Source: Phoronis australis
Lineage: Eukaryota; Animalia; Phoronida
Assembly (NCBI GenBank): GCA_002633005.1
Contig: NMRA01000105.1
Location: 1-64,000, forward strand
Length of the DNA: 64,000 bases
Direction: 5' to 3'
Made by a program: the position numbers and the translations under genes. The notes beneath the pieces are model-generated. The model was not told the DNA's origin and did no database searches. It saw only the letters and a list, made by a program, of their open reading frames with translations. Of the stretch, positions 1 through 14,164 are shown in pieces (within the stretch, counting starts at the first letter, position 1; each line of letters opens with the position of its first letter).

Positions 1-1035
1 TTGCTCAGTTTGTTCCTTATCCAGATGGGAAGTGATTTCTGGAATTGTAGCGAATTGACAGTTTGCTATTCCTTGAGGCCATGCTGTGTGTATAAAATCG
101 CACATTATTAGTGTGTTAGCAATTGCATATTGCCAGTCTTTCAAAGTTCTGAAATTGCTCAAAGTGACCTGGAAGTAATAGCTATTTCGTGATGGTAAAA
201 TGTCAAAAGTTGTTTTACGTGATTTTAGGCGAGTTTATGTCCACTTCAAATGATTTTTTGTTGTAGTACTGAAAAGTGGTGGCACATTAGCTCTGGTGGC
301 TCCTTGTTTTTTTGGCGAATTGACCATTTTATGGTTCCCATGGGTAATTTTGTTACTGGGTCTAGTATGTATGTACAACTGTCATCGTAGGGCAATTGTA
401 ATGCAAACCGTGTTGCAAAAGTATTTTTTCATGACCATTTCATTGTAAAATGCTGGCTAATTGGAACCAACAAGCCAAGTTTTCATTTTGTGGTGGTTAG
501 TTTTGATAAGAACATTGATGTGGTAAATACAGCTACCTCAAGTTTGTGAAGAAGAATGCCTCTCTGCCTCTCTATATGCGTCATCTCATGGATATTCTTG
601 TAATTCTAAACATACTCATTGAAGCACACCCTTTGCAGTGCTATCGTGGGCGAATTTCAACGCTCCGCGTTGCTCTTGTTGACATCTACTTAATCCCTTG
701 CAAGTTCACAATTTGGCGTGAGTAGTCCTATTCTCAACTCGACAACAAATGGACCACTGATGTGCCTCCGAATGGAAATTTCATTTTTTTCTCAAAAAAG
801 TGAGTTACGCCTGCCTCTATCTTTAGAGTTCCTTTGCGGATTTTCATTTAATTTTGTCTGATATTGTTCTTAGAGAGAAGACGACGCCTTGCTTTGGATA
901 GGTTCAATATATTCTGTGCCGTTTAATGGCCATTTTACGATATTAAAAACGCTACTGGAATTGCATTGCAGTCGTGGGTGCATTTCAACGCTCCATTTAG
1001 CTGTTGTTTACAGGGAGCGGGTTCAATGAAACCTG

Positions 1036-1436
1036 GGCCCGGTCTCCAATCTTTCTACTCGAAATGGAACTCGAAATTAGGTTTGGCATTTTCTACTCTA
1101 CTTTTGGGCGAACTCAAGATAAGTGTCTATTATTCTATGCTCGAGTACACAATAACTTACGTAGATAATTTATTGCCCTTAGTTCACAGTTTGTAAACCC
1201 AATATTAAAGCAATAAGTTCGAGTTTGAACTCGAAATTTCGAGTTTTTACTCGAGTTTGTAAGACGAATATAAGGGTCTTCAAGGGCAAGCTTGAACTAG
1301 AAACTCCTATGCATAAACTACAATGTATTCGAGCACAGTCTGACAACCAATTATCTTAAGTTCGCACAAAAGGAGCAGAGAAATTGCAAAAAATAGTTTC
1401 GAGTTCGTTTCGAGTACAAAGATTAGAGACCGGGCC
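1036..1436. mobile_element. Non-autonomous DNA transposon (MITE), PIF/Harbinger-like
   Basis: Imperfect terminal inverted repeats GGCCCGGTCTCCAATCTTTCTACTCGAAA...TTTCGAGTACAAAGATTAGAGACCGGGCC. Flanked by the 3-bp duplication CTG (1033-1035 and 1437-1439). No coding capacity. Confidence 0.75.
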
Positions 1437-4400
1437 CTGGTTTAAGGTATCTAAGGCACCCCACTGTGTCGAGCTGGGTTAACCCAACAAAGAAACTATT
1501 GAAGTGCTCCAATGGAGCTGTGATCACGTGGGTTTCAATGACAGCGCACAGTTGTAGATAGAGTCAGTGCAGCCTATTTTCCTGGTGGCTCTGTCATCAA
1601 TAAAATGAGTAGAAAAAGGTCAGAACCCTTTTCTCCTCATGAGGAAAAGGTTTCCTCACAGAACTGATTACAGAAAAAAAATGATGTCATAGATGGAGAG
1701 CCAAAACAAGTCATCGGAAGCAACAGGCTTGAGGGACAGTGGGTCCTGACTGGCTAAATGGTACACGCAATCAGAAAAACGCAACCATGAACTGAGTTAA
1801 AGGACTTTTGGAAACTAAATGGAACGAGGGAAGTGATGTGGTCGTCCGAGGAGATGAGATCACAGAAATGGTTTTATAAAGGTATTTTGAGAGCGCCTCC
1901 GTGCCTTAGTCTGACGTCCCCTGAGTTACGGCGGAGTCTTTTTGAAAATCAGTCGACATGTGGTTAGATCTCCCGCCGTTAAGCGCTCATGCTCTGTGTT
2001 ACCGGTACTCGAAATTTACAGCTCAGATATGACAAGATAAAAAGGTGAGATAACGAGATAAATAATTTATTTTATTTCTGTGGGCTAGTGCGCTTTCGTA
2101 GTTCTACGTTCAAGGAAAGTGAAAACTTTCGCGTCACGTCCCCACGGCGGCGTTACGGCGCTAGTGAAACAAAACATTTTTCGTGTCCGAAGACTTTTCC
2201 ACGCTCCGGGAAACAGTTTTTTTTTGGTGCTTCTATATAGCCTGCTGTGTGCCAGGTTGATATATTAAATTACCGAAATGCGACTTCATGAATCTCGTCC
2301 GCGGGCTGCAGAAAATGACTCAAAATAGTCGAGTGGCAGGTACGGCGCCCGGCGCCGAATTTCGTTAAACTCCATGGCTGTATTAAGTTGTAAAAAAACA
2401 ACCAAGCATGGTTTTCCATTTTTAAAAATCGATGAACTAATAAGTTATAAACTATTAAACTTTGCGGGGTATGAGGAAACTACCGTGTTGACTTGAGCCC
2501 TATCATACTCGCGGTGGCTGGGATCATTACTAACACTGATCAGAGATAACAACATCACTTCTTTTAATATTCTTTCAACATCTTTTGACCAGATTTTTAC
2601 TATGAAGCAGTTGCAAGTAACTTTTGCCCACTCTTCATTTTTATGACTGACAAAAAGCTAGGCACTGGCACTGAACCCCAGTGTCCAGAATTCAGGCCTC
2701 AAAACTAACCCGTTTGGCTATCACCATATTTGCACTTTGGTATATATTTCATGATTTGAGCTCTAATAAAGTTTAAACTTGAACCAATGACACACGTCAG
2801 TGGTTTGTGCCGTGAAATGTGGCCCGCCGCCGGGGTTTAGTGTGATCTGGCTTCCACTAACTTTAGTGAGAGTTGGGCCGGGGCTACATCAAATCTAGGA
2901 ACCAGTACTGGTTGCTAGATCAAATATACGCGTGGGCAGAAAACGTATCTGCGTAAAGAAAGAGTTGCGTTTTCAAAACTTTCAGTCGTGTGTTGTCAGG
3001 AACTTCATTAATAAACCGAGACCAAGTACAAAGCACGTCTTCAAAGTTTAGGTAAACAAAGTTTACGGCATACTCATTACAGGGTCACTGACTCGAAGCA
3101 CGTTCTTAGGCATACGTATATTGTAATATCGGTTGAATTATATGTTATAACTGTGAATAGCACGTACGCGAACAATAAGCCATTCACATTTATATCTGAT
3201 CACAATTCTCTTCCTGCTTTGAAAACAAACATTCGTTTAGATAAATTTCGGAAAGAACGTGAACTAAAATGATAGGACAAACACTACATACCACAGTCCA
3301 GATTCTACATTCGAAGACCGCTTTTGTGAGAAAGAAACTGTCAACAGGAGATGTTTGTAATGACACGTAAATAAGTATAACTTACCCCTTAGAGTAGACG
3401 CGAAACGCTAAGTATTGTGTTCTTACTCCAAAGGGCTCGGCCTTGGTGCGAAGCTGTTTACTAAATTAAATATACAACTTTTAATTGCGCCGTTGTGGGT
3501 AAAAACTGACCCAACAAAATCTTTCTTGAGTAATCTAAATTATTTACCGGCGTTGAAAAATTTGCTTTTCTACTATTATTCTGCTGCTAAAATTGTGGTG
3601 TGTTCTTTTGCGTCGACTTTCGGCGCAATGAAATATTGCGTCACCTATTAGCCAGTTTCTTTTTCCCAGATTCTTCAATCAAACGTTCTCCCTCGAGGTT
3701 GCATAAACGTCACAACTAATGATCAGAATTGGTTTTACTTCATTATATGTTGTTGGAATTTGATATCAGTAAACCGAATTTTAGAACAGATTTTGCTGCG
3801 ATGTTGTCATCATTTAATGAGAGATGTCGAAAAATTTCTGGAAGTGGCGCGTGACACAAATGTACTACTTTCAAAACGACGACATACATTTCTTTGTTAC
3901 CAATGCAGAGAATTACGCAAGAAAATGACGTCGGATATTTTTTCGCTTAAACGGCCGTAACGGGCAAGGTGAATGTCAATTGAGTTCCAGATTTTGCGTG
4001 CATACCCGCCGGTCTTCAGCTCATGTTGATACAAGCTTCACGACGAGGTGACGAGCGTATTTATTCGGGCTGTTTGCAATTTCGAGGTCTGTCGCAGCTC
4101 AATATATAGTAACACCTCGCTGTATTTTGACAATAGGCTTCATACAGCTAGCTGGCTAAATAGGAAGGCTCTAGCTTCGAAACAATTTTTTACTCCGAAA
4201 GTGACAACAAATTCAGAATGATGATGGATCATGGATGACATTATAACCGATCACATGTTTCCGTTTTCATGCGCCCATGATCTTAATCACTGCGCTATGT
4301 TAAAACCATTGTTTATGTTGTTCTTAAAATAAACTTTTGTTCTACTGCTGTACCAACATATTAAGAAATTATACAAAAATAAACAATAATTATCTGTGGT

Positions 4401-4659
4401 AAAGCGAATTAGACAGCGTGATGAAGTGATGATCAAGAGTAATAACAGATGAGCGCGAATGCGTGCTGCTTGTTGAGCATTCCGCGGCATGAAAACACTT
4501 GAGGTCGTTAAACAACCAGCGTTGTATTCTGATTTTTGTGTAATTTTACTGTAAAATTTCAAATTTCTTGCTTATTTTTTTGCATAATGTACTGTATAAC
4601 AAGTCTCATAATAAGAGACAGAAATTATGCTTCCGCGATATTACTTAACTTTTGATTTA

Positions 4660-6378
4660 GAACAGATTTTGCTGAGCCCCTTACCAACATCATGAATTTA
4701 AGTTTAAAAACGGCTACAATTCCTAGAGAATGGAAGATGGCAGTTGTTACTCCTGTTTTTGAAGATGGTGAAAAGTCAAGTTGCGAAAATTATAGACCAA
4801 TATCGGTCCTCCTTGCAGTGTCCAAAATTCTTGAAAGGTGTGTTCAAAAGCAGCTTCACCAGTTCCTGGAGCAAAATTCCCTTCTCTCGGCAGCACAGTC
4901 TGGTTTCCGCCCCTTGCATTCCACTCTTACTACAAATATTCATGCTACTGAGTTTATCTTTAATAATATGGATCAGGGGAAGCTAACTGGTGCTGTCTTT
5001 GTTGACCTTAAGAAAGCCTTTGACACTGTGGACCATGGTATCCTATTGCAGAAACTAGAGTCATATGGAGTTAATGATAACGAACTCCTTTGGTTTAGAA
5101 ACTACTTATACGACCGTAAACAGGCCACCAAATACGGTGGTATACTTTCTGACTACTCAACCGTAATCACGGGGGTACCTCAGGGTTCCATTTTGGGCCC
5201 TCTATTATTCACTATTTTTGTTAACGACCTCCCTACGGTCCTCCACAACAGTGTCCCAGTTTTATACGCTGATGACACTGCAATTATGTCCACAGCTGGA
5301 TCGGTAAATGAACTGGAAACTTCTCTCAACAATGAGCTAGCCATTATCCATGACTGGCTGATTCAAAATAAACTCACTCTTAACGTTAGTAAAACCAAGT
5401 CGATGCTGTTTGGAACCCACCAGAAATTAAAGCAACAAAAACTATCCCTTTCTATCAACGGTTCTCCCATCGAGAATGTTGACAAGTTTAAGTACTTGGG
5501 CCTTATTTTAGATCCCAATCTTAAATTTAATATGCACATAGATCATATCACAAAGAAATTATCAAAGAAAATCGGTGTACTTAAACGTCTAGGCAAATTT
5601 CTTAATGTCCGTACTCTTAAGACCCTTTACCATTGTATTATTCAGCCTCATATTGATTATTGTTTACCGGTTTGGGGGCACACTAGTGACACACTTGTAA
5701 ACAAAGTCCAAGTAATCCAAAATAGAGCCGCCAGGGCTATCCTGGGTACTAAAATTAGGGACACTAGGGTTGACGACTTGTACTCCAAGCTGGGATTTAT
5801 GAAAGTAAGACAAAGAAATAAATATCTCTCTGCCTGTTGTATATACAGATGTATCAATGGCTTGGCTCCAGCATATCTCAGCAGTAAATTCAATAGCAGT
5901 CAGGCTGTTTATTCTACACGTTCTTCTGTTGCTGGCAATGTTTCTTCTAAAAAAATTAAAACCGAGACTGGCAAGAGATCTTTTATCTATGCAGCTGCTA
6001 TAATATGGAATTCTTTTAGCCCAGAAATTAAACGGTCCAACTCAATTACTACCTTTAAAGTTAATGTTAAAAAGTGGCTGTAATTTACTTAACCTTTTAT
6101 ACCCTGCCTGTCTTAATCATGTCATTTTTTCATTGTCGTAAATACTCTCATTGTCTAGAGTCATCTCTTAATTTATTTCATCTGTCTTAGTTAATTTTTT
6201 ACCATTATTTGTCATTTAGTTATTGTCTTAATTCTCAACCTTAAATGTTTTAATTGTATCTTTGTTACGTATATTTCATTGTTGTTTTATTACTTCATTG
6301 TATTATATTACTGTTTTTCTTGTTGAGGGCCCTCTTGGAAAGCATTTTAAATATCACAATAATAAATAAATAAATAAA
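4660..6378 (+). mobile_element. 5'-truncated CR1/L2-group LINE with an uninterrupted reverse transcriptase ORF (4692-6083, 463 aa), 3' UTR and (AATA)n tail
   Basis: RT motifs NYRPISVL, QSGFRPLHST, FVDLKKAFDTV, GVPQGSILGPLLF, LYADDT and FKYLG are present. The C-terminus IDYC..VWG / RSF.Y.A..IWNS is typical of CR1/L2 ORF2. No endonuclease domain upstream. AATAAAT repeat tail at ~6358-6378. Confidence 0.93.
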
Positions 6379-6789
6379 TTAACAACGCCGTCAGTAATTC
6401 AACATAAAGTTCACGTTGGTGTAATGTCACGCACTTTGTACTTTTAGGTTGATTCGATTTACCACCTTTCAACAGTTGAACAGAAGTTGATAAAACCGAT
6501 GTCATGACCGGAGTTGCCACTGGTGAACGAACAGCGAACAGTTAAATGTTTGTTTGGCCAAAGTTCCCCCGCTAAGTCATAAAATGGTAATTGCCGACCA
6601 AGGACACGCTTAATCCGAATTGGTCATCTACGCTTGACAACCACTTAGCTGACCCAAGTATCGACCACAGAGGCGACTCAGCAGACGGCTCCTAGCCGAC
6701 CGTTGTTGGTCGGCTGCTGATCGGCTAGACGACCGGTCGACGGCTGGTCGTCGACCAATTTCCGACCGGTTGGACAAAAATTCGTGATG

Positions 6790-6995
6790 TGTGTTGTAGC
6801 AAGTTTTAACAGTAATCTATTGTGGTTAACAGTATCAAAAGCTTTCTTCAGGTCCAGGAAGATAGCAACAGTAAGTTTACCATTTTCCATATTGTCAAGT
6901 AAGTAGTCAGTTATATCAAGGAGAGAAGTAGCTGTTGAGTTCGCGGGGCGAAAACCCGATTGTTCATCACATAAAAGATTGTTTGTAAAGATTTC
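6790..6995 (-). mobile_element. Short CR1/L2-group LINE RT fragment
   Basis: Translates to NNLLCDEQSGFRPANSTATSLLDITDYLLDNMENGKLTVAIFLDLKKAFDTVNHNRLLLKL. The rest of ORF 6678-7130 is unrelated sequence. Confidence 0.85.
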
Positions 6996-8970
6996 AGCGG
7001 GTTTTTTTTTGTCATAGGAGTTCAGTTTACCTCGTGAACCGTTATAGGTACCTCTGAAATGAGCAAAAATACACCTTAATACGAATGCCCCATCTCCCAT
7101 ATTCCCCCGGTACCCGTCAAAAGTCTGCAAGCATGCATGCAGAAATGGCCTATAACATTCTGTTTTGATAAATAAATTCGTTGGTTTTTGATTTACTTGT
7201 TGATGTATCTACAATAATCGATAGATTCACAGATGATTTTTGACATTTAGAAGCTAATCTTGTAAGAATTTGTGATGTTTCAGTGAATTTAATTGCAGCC
7301 TAAAGTTGAAAAAAACTTCATAATCTGATCCCCGACGATTTTTGCATATCTTTCTATCTCTCAAAGACATTGATGAAATTTGGACTCTCAAACCTTAGAT
7401 GGAAAAATCATTTTAAAAATGCTTAAATAAATTTAATTGAACTCATTGCTTGGAAATGTTGTCTGTGCACTTCCTTGGTGTTTTTAGTTTCCAGTAGTAT
7501 TGAGAAATGAATTTTTGTTCTTCAAAACTGAATTGATTGCTTGCACGTCATGACTGACGTACCCACGTTAAAAAATTGATGTTACTATGCAGTAGGCCCG
7601 CAAAGATCTCAGTGATCCACGGGAACTGAATTTGAATTCCAGGCGTTCAGGAAGTGTGTACATTTTGGGACACACTATCCTTTTCCCCAGCCACCAGAAA
7701 CAGGACTACCGGTCACGCTTCAACTAAGCAGTCCCAAGGGACTTCGGGACCTCATCTTTTCAAAAAAACTCCGTCAAAGAATGACCATAGTAAAATAAAG
7801 TTTTCTCAAAACTGGATCACAATAAAACGAATCTTGATCTGAGAGCGGCAGGGGACGAACAGCCTGTCTCAAGTGAATCACAGCTGAGCTGGCCAGCAAC
7901 TAGCTTTAGCCCATCTGGAATTTCGTATTTTTAAACTGTTAGATCTCAGCCGTAGTTACTTGAAGAAGTTCCTCGCTACCGGTCAGTGTACTGGTCCTAG
8001 GCCCATTCTTACTCTCTGTGTTGGTTCACGGTTACTCAGCTCGATCTTGATGGCTTCATCTCCGGGATTGTCTCAGAAGCGCATTCAGGATTTTGAGTTG
8101 GGGGGGCAGGGCATAGTATTAGCCAGGGGTTTACCTGTCAGAAATTCGCACCCCCGAACTGCCAAATGGAATCTGGGAGAATTTTAGGAGGGCCATAGCC
8201 CCTTGGCCACCCCCTATGTCCGCCACTACGCATAGTGCCCCCCCCCCACATAAGGCGGACGTGGGATATTCGGTAGGCTACAAATATGGTGGCATCGGGT
8301 GCACGGGGGGAGGGGTGGGGGCGGTGGCGGAGGTGGTGGAGAAGTCGAAATCGGTTTGTGCCCCTCAATAATTTTTGCCTTCCTACGGGCCTGCAACTGT
8401 GATCAGTAGGCAAGCAGCTTCAAATGCTGAAACAGTTAATATGAAGTGGGGTACTACTCCAACTTTGGGTAATCTGTTGACCTACAGACAGTGCACAGTA
8501 GCACGAATGGTTATCACCGATTCTTTGTAGGCGATAAAGATGTTCACAAACATGTGCTGTCAATGAGGCCAGTTGAGTGTCCCTGATTTTGTAGCTTGAA
8601 CGTGCTGCGTGACTTTCTGGAACACAGGAATATGCTTGGAACCCGTTTAAAATAAATAGAATACTTTAAATTCCTTTTATGCAAACACGATAATATTACA
8701 TACAAAACTCTTCAATCAAAAATACGCATTACAGACAAAATTGTTTTCATGTTGACGTGCATAATACCTGTGACAAATACATATACAACGAGCATTGAAA
8801 AGTGAACAAGGATCGAGATTGATTGTCAGTAGGTGAATCTTGTATCTATAAGAAAATCAAGTAAACGGAAAATCTATTATTCTCTGTTTCCACATTTTGA
8901 CAATGATAATTTATTTGTCAGCAGATTCAAACAAGGTCACTCATCGCATTCAAGTATTTTATGTACTATA

Positions 8971-9163
8971 CAGTGGCGGATCTAGGATACCATGAGGGGG
9001 CGACCCAGCATGTTGTCTCAGGGAATTGGGCAAAACGTGATTGTATGTGCACAGGGAGCCCACAGAATTTGTGAGCCGAGGATGTGGACCTTCTGTTCAG
9101 AAAATCTATCAGTGGGCTANTGTTTTATTTTGCTGGGGGCGCGCCCCCTGGGTTCCCGCCTAT
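8971..9163. mobile_element. Small GC-ended MITE-like repeat (CAGTGGCGGATCTAG type)
   Basis: Starts CAGTGGCGGATCTAGG and ends ...GGGTTCCCGCCTATG. Similar degenerate pieces occur at ~8077-8230 and ~13320-13440, which share TTCCATTTGGCAGTTCGGG in opposite orientation. Confidence 0.4.
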
Positions 9164-9982
9164 GCTATAGACAACTAAATACAACCTATAAATGAAAGAG
9201 TTGATGGAACAAACACTTTTCTAATAGAAGACAACCTTCAGGGACAATGACAACTGCATAAAAAGCTGAAAATCACCTATCTTGCGTAACGAAAAACCAA
9301 TATTAACACAACTTAGATACGTCATTACCTCAGTGTGCTCCTCACTCACATGGGAACATTTGTATCAAACATTACTGCATGCCACCATGTTTCAGTCCAG
9401 TTGTTAAATTTTATCCTCTGTATTTAGAGATGTCCACAACCTGCAAAAGACGCATATTCATATGTTACCTCACTCAGTCTAACATAGTTGCTTTTCAAAC
9501 AGCGAATGCTGGGCAGGGGTTTGTAAGATATTGTGCCAAAGCAAGTGGTACGGACAGTATTATTTCACTGGGTCACTTTTGTCTGTATATCATAAAGTCT
9601 TTACATACATTGGCGTATTGTTATGTGGGTCTGTACTGAGCTGAGAAAGGTAAAAATGTCGTAGGCCAGAAAAGTCTAATCATCTATGAGAACATTCAAA
9701 ACCTGTCAACAGAACCTCAGAGAGTTGTGTTCTGTAACTATTGTCATATTGTCATCAATATTTAGACCTGATTACATAACACAGCATACCAATGAAAAAC
9801 TAATATTCATTAAATTGCACGTTTAAAAATTAAATTAGTATTTCCACTTTATTTGCCAAAAATAACACTTTTACTCAACAAGTGTTATCTGAATTTCTTC
9901 CTTAATCAGATAAGAAAGGATTACAGATCACTGCTTAAGGCTATGCTGGCAACGATTGACGATGTCATAAGTGAGATATAAA

Positions 9983-10060
9983 ATGAAAACACTTCCACCA
10001 ATTACAAGCAAATTGCGAGCTCTAAGCACTGGCGTAATCACAGGGGAGATGAGGTGGCAG
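9983..10060 (+). CDS. Candidate first coding exon of ALDH5A1 (MKTLPPITSKLRALSTGVITGEMRWQ), tentative
   Basis: AAAATGA start context and phase-0 donor CAG|GTAC, compatible with the phase-0 acceptor at 16800. The basic/hydroxylated composition resembles a mitochondrial presequence. An alternative candidate is 15097-15114 (MASVMS). Neither is proven. Confidence 0.2.
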
Positions 10061-10861
10061 GTACAACGGGACATGACAAACTGTTCAGTGCAAAACCCCT
10101 CTCGGTAGGCTACGGTAGGTAGGCCTACTGTAGTTATTCATTGTATCCGACCTAGGCAGTATATCCTACCTAGCTCTTTGAGTCTTAATCCTTTTCATTG
10201 CAAAGGTCCCAGGTTGCCAGCCAGCCACCCACCCAACCATCCCAGTCAAGCCACATTTGGAAACAATTACCAAGACCAGAATAACATACAGAATCATGGG
10301 TAATATAAATAATTAAAACAGATACATTAACTCACGACAAATTCGTGTCCACCATTCGAAATCTTACTTAACAGCTGCACACTAGATGTTGCAAACGCTT
10401 GCTTAATCTCAAGATCATTTGCGTGAACTCGGAATAGAAATTTATTCCAAGTTCACTTCTGTTTAAACTTTTATTCTATAAAGTTCCTGCGAAACACAAT
10501 AAAGCGACTTGACTTGTGTACCACACCTAGAACAGAGCCCTTGCTGTTGTGCGATATAAAAGTGCTTAAAACCACCATTTACACTGTACCTTGTTTTGAC
10601 AAGTTACTGTATGCACATTGTCAGCAACGTTAAAACTTCCTTTAAAGCACTGCATATCAAAATTGCGAATTTAATATTCAGAAAACGAGATGAGAGAACA
10701 AAAATATCTTCAGAAAGCTTCTTAGCTCAACGGAGATGAGTGCGACGTATGAACGGAGGCATGTGTGATTTTAAGCACTTCAATATTCCCAAAGAGTATG
10801 CAGTGAAATTGGAATCGAGCAGCACGTCACGTTGAGAGCTTGGTCTGTCAGTTCTTTCCAC

Positions 10862-10892
10862 AGGTCAAAGGTCATTTCAGAACAGAGTAAGT
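10862..10892 (+). promoter_or_regulatory. Perfect DR1 nuclear-receptor element (AGGTCA-A-AGGTCA) next to a consensus splice donor; possible 5' non-coding exon or promoter of ALDH5A1
   Basis: AGGTCAAAGGTCA at 10862-10874 and AGA|GTAAGT at 10887. CACGTCACGT lies just upstream. Confidence 0.3.
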
Positions 10893-11384
10893 AAAGCAGC
10901 ATCATTTTGGTAATTGATAATTTTTCTCTGTCATTAGTTTAACCTTTGACATGATGGACCCATTACTAGAGTTCAAAGGGTGAACGAATAATAGCGTGTA
11001 ATGGCTTACCAACACTACAGTGACATTCTGGTAAGAAAAGTGTAACGTCTGATCATTGAAACTCCCATACCACAAATTGGGGATGGGCTGTTTCATCCGA
11101 ATTTCTCAACACCAATTATGTACTATACAGTGCAAGCAGTGATTCGTTTTTAAACATATTTGCTAATCATTGATTAGTGAGTGGTTTACACGTGCACCGC
11201 AAAATTTCTTTGTTTGATTTGGAATTGGTGGTTGTTCATTCTTGAGTCATTTATTCGTGGAACATCAGAGAGGCAGTGCTGCAGCAAATGCAAAGATAAA
11301 TTAATATTTTTTAAAATTTATTACAATGATAATAACACAGTACAAAGACAGAAATCCCCAATGACACATCACACCCACCCCCTC

Positions 11385-11435
11385 ACACACACGCACGCAC
11401 GCACGCACGAACGCACGCACGCACGCACGCACACA
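11385..11435. repeat. (CA)n/(GCAC)n microsatellite
   Basis: CACACACACGCACGCACGCACGCACGAACGCACGCACGCACGCACGCACAC. Confidence 0.9.
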
Positions 11436-11499
11436 CTTCACCGAAAACTCAATTTCACAAACCAAAAACACCAAGTGTACTTTTCTCATCTACTTTTCT

Positions 11500-12510
11500 T
11501 TTTAAAGATGAAAAAACCAGACCATCTTTGGAGAAATATGTCTCCTAATCTATTTTTACAATAATTTTATTTTTCGAATGTGTTGTAGCTTTCTAGTGTA
11601 TATGGGTTTATTGGCCAAAAAAACGACAAGATTCAACAGTTCATTCGCTTTTCCAGTTTTACCAAATATAACAGTCTGAAAATCTATCAATATGTCGACG
11701 TTTTTTTGAGTGAATATAATACTTTGCTATTCTTTTATAAAAAGGCTTAACAAAAGTGCAACCCCAAAATAAATGTTCTAAACTTTCAGGTTTATTTCTA
11801 CAAAAGGTACATTGTTGAAGAAATACTAATTCGCATTAAAAAGTACAAAAAACAGAAGTTTGGAAACATAACTTCCATTCTGTCATTGATCTTGCAAAAC
11901 CAAAAGTATTTTCCCATTTTTCTAATCTTTTTGGTTTTTGAAACAACGTTGTCAGAAAAATACGTATATATCACGAGTACCTTTCGAATTTTTCACCAAA
12001 ATTTGCCAGAGCTGTGGGATAACTGGTTGAGACACTTTTGCACTTGAAAACGATATACATTTGAAAGTTAATTTCGAGCAATTTCTCCGTGCGTAATAAA
12101 GTGTAAAAAAGTTTTAAAGCCAAAACCAAAACTATTGTATATTTCCGTTTTCGTCAAATAAATCACCTAAGAATCTCACACCCTTTTCATTCCAAGTAGG
12201 GTAAAATATTGGTTTTCCTCCAATCTGAACCTTTGTGTTATGTCATAAAGAAACGGATTGTATCCTGTCATCTTCTTTGACCTCGTTTAATATCGAACCA
12301 AACTCAAATGTTGAAACAAACACATCCTTCCAAAAAGGATTCCCTGTGGGCTGGGCTACCACTCCATTGAACATCTTTTCAACGTCAAATTGACTTGAAT
12401 TCCGCAAAATATCTATCCAGGCCGAATTATTTTGTCCATTTATAATCTTTTTTAACCATGTTACTTTAAGAGCTTTAATAAAGGAAACTAAATGAACCAT
12501 GTTGAGACCA
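11500..12510 (-). mobile_element. Degenerate L1/Tx1-type LINE ORF2 C-terminal fragment
   Basis: Reads GLNMVHLVSFIKALKVTWLKKI...NPFWKDVF...IFYPTWNEKGVRFLGDLFDENG. A CCHC knuckle QQCTFCRNKPESLEHLFWGC sits near 11755-11815. Stops and frameshifts are present. Confidence 0.8.
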
Positions 12511-13902
12511 CAAGATAAATTAATAGTGATAAAGTAAACAGACCAGTCTGAAGCACTGTTTGGTTATATAACCAAACGACGTCAGAAATCATGTATGTAT
12601 GCACCGAATCCATTTGTTAGATTGCTACGTCCGTTCATTTATTATTAAAAAGAGTCGTTCATGTATTATTAATTTATTTTAAATTCGCAATAAACTCACG
12701 GCTTCTGAAAAACAACACATTTTACTTTCCGTGCTGTTTAAATAGATATCTAGACTTGGAAAGTGGTGACAGTTCGGCATATTGCCTCGGACCAGGCTCA
12801 TGAAGTTTGCTTGCCATCATGATTTAGATTCAGGAGCCTAACCAGCACAGTTCATAATGGAATTCCAATTGTTTTAATGCAAATGAATTTCAATAGAAAC
12901 ACAGGATTATAATGCGTGTACGTTTCCTGTGACAAAAACACTCCTGTGCACTATGCAGTTTCTGACTCCTAAAGCAGGGAGATCAATATGTTTTAGATCA
13001 TCCTCCCAGAAGGATTCGAACTTATCATCTCAGGTGTAGAAGTTTAACGGTAAACAGGATAAGACTTTGAAGCCAGTTTTAATGATAAAATAGCCGGCAT
13101 GGACTTCAACCAATGACTGGCGGCCATCTGCAAGAAGTGACGATGCGCCATGAAATCAAAAATCAACACGGATCAGTTACGATTTAATAATTTCAAGTAG
13201 TGTATCCCATCGAATAATAAGCCCCAAAAGTAGGTTTTTGGCCTTAAAACTTCTGTTGATTGAACCATGAATATTTCATTTTTTTATTTTAAACTGAATA
13301 TTGAATTTTCAAATTTAAGTCAGGGGGTCATCCCCCCTAAATTTGAATTTGAATTTCCATTTGGCAGTTCGGGAGTCAGCGAAAGTCTGACGGGCATAAT
13401 CCTGACCACTACTCATTCCTGCCCCCCCCCCCCCCCNACCTTGTGATAAAAATGGCTGCAAGTCGTCTGGGGCTACAAAGCACTTGCGTAAGTTGATTTC
13501 TTTTAATTATAATGGGCTTGCAGCGTGCTCCAGGCTTGTGGGTAGGCTTATCACATGAAACATTGCAAAAAGTATGTAGACTGAAATGAAGCGCTGTCTT
13601 TTGGTTGTGGACCGAGAGAGGTGTGGCATTCATTTGAGTATACATTGACACTGCACACATGCTGACAGGTCGCCAGCGGGTAACATCTTCCTTATCACTA
13701 GGTGATATCTTTGCAGAAAGAGATAAGAATTTTGCGGGGTCATAATATGTGCATGCTGTCTGGGCTTATTGTAAAGTATAGACTTTGACTGCAGCAGTCC
13801 AGGTGGAGGTGGATTTTTGAGTGGGGATAGTTGACAGGTAAAGACTAAAGGCTCAAGAAAAAGAAGCTGACGATATTTCTACTTCTTCTGGACTTGTGTC
13901 TT

Positions 13903-14164
13903 GTGTTGCAGCCCAAACTGATGCCTGCGCCAAACTGATTAGACACACTTGAATTGGCACGGGTTGATGAGCCGAGCTGAAGCCTGTGCCAAGCACATTG
14001 ACCTGCATATATGAGAATTCATCTGCCATCAATTTCGGATCTGATAAGCCAGTAATTTAGGAACTTACAGTAGCTTCAGTTTGGCGCAGGCATGAGTTTG
14101 GTGAATTACCAACCTGAAGTGCGCCAAATCAGTTTGGCGCAGGCATCAGTCTGGGCTGCGACAC
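13903..14164. mobile_element. MITE with ~38-bp terminal inverted repeats
   Basis: GTGTTGCAGCCCAAACTGATGCCTGCGCCAAACTGATT...AATCAGTTTGGCGCAGGCATCAGTCTGGGCTGCGACAC, with internal copies of the TGCGCCAAACTGA motif. Confidence 0.75.

Noticed and set aside
4692-6083. Retron, group II intron or DGR reverse transcriptase
   Set aside because: The motifs, C-terminus and AATA tail are those of a eukaryotic CR1/L2 non-LTR retrotransposon.
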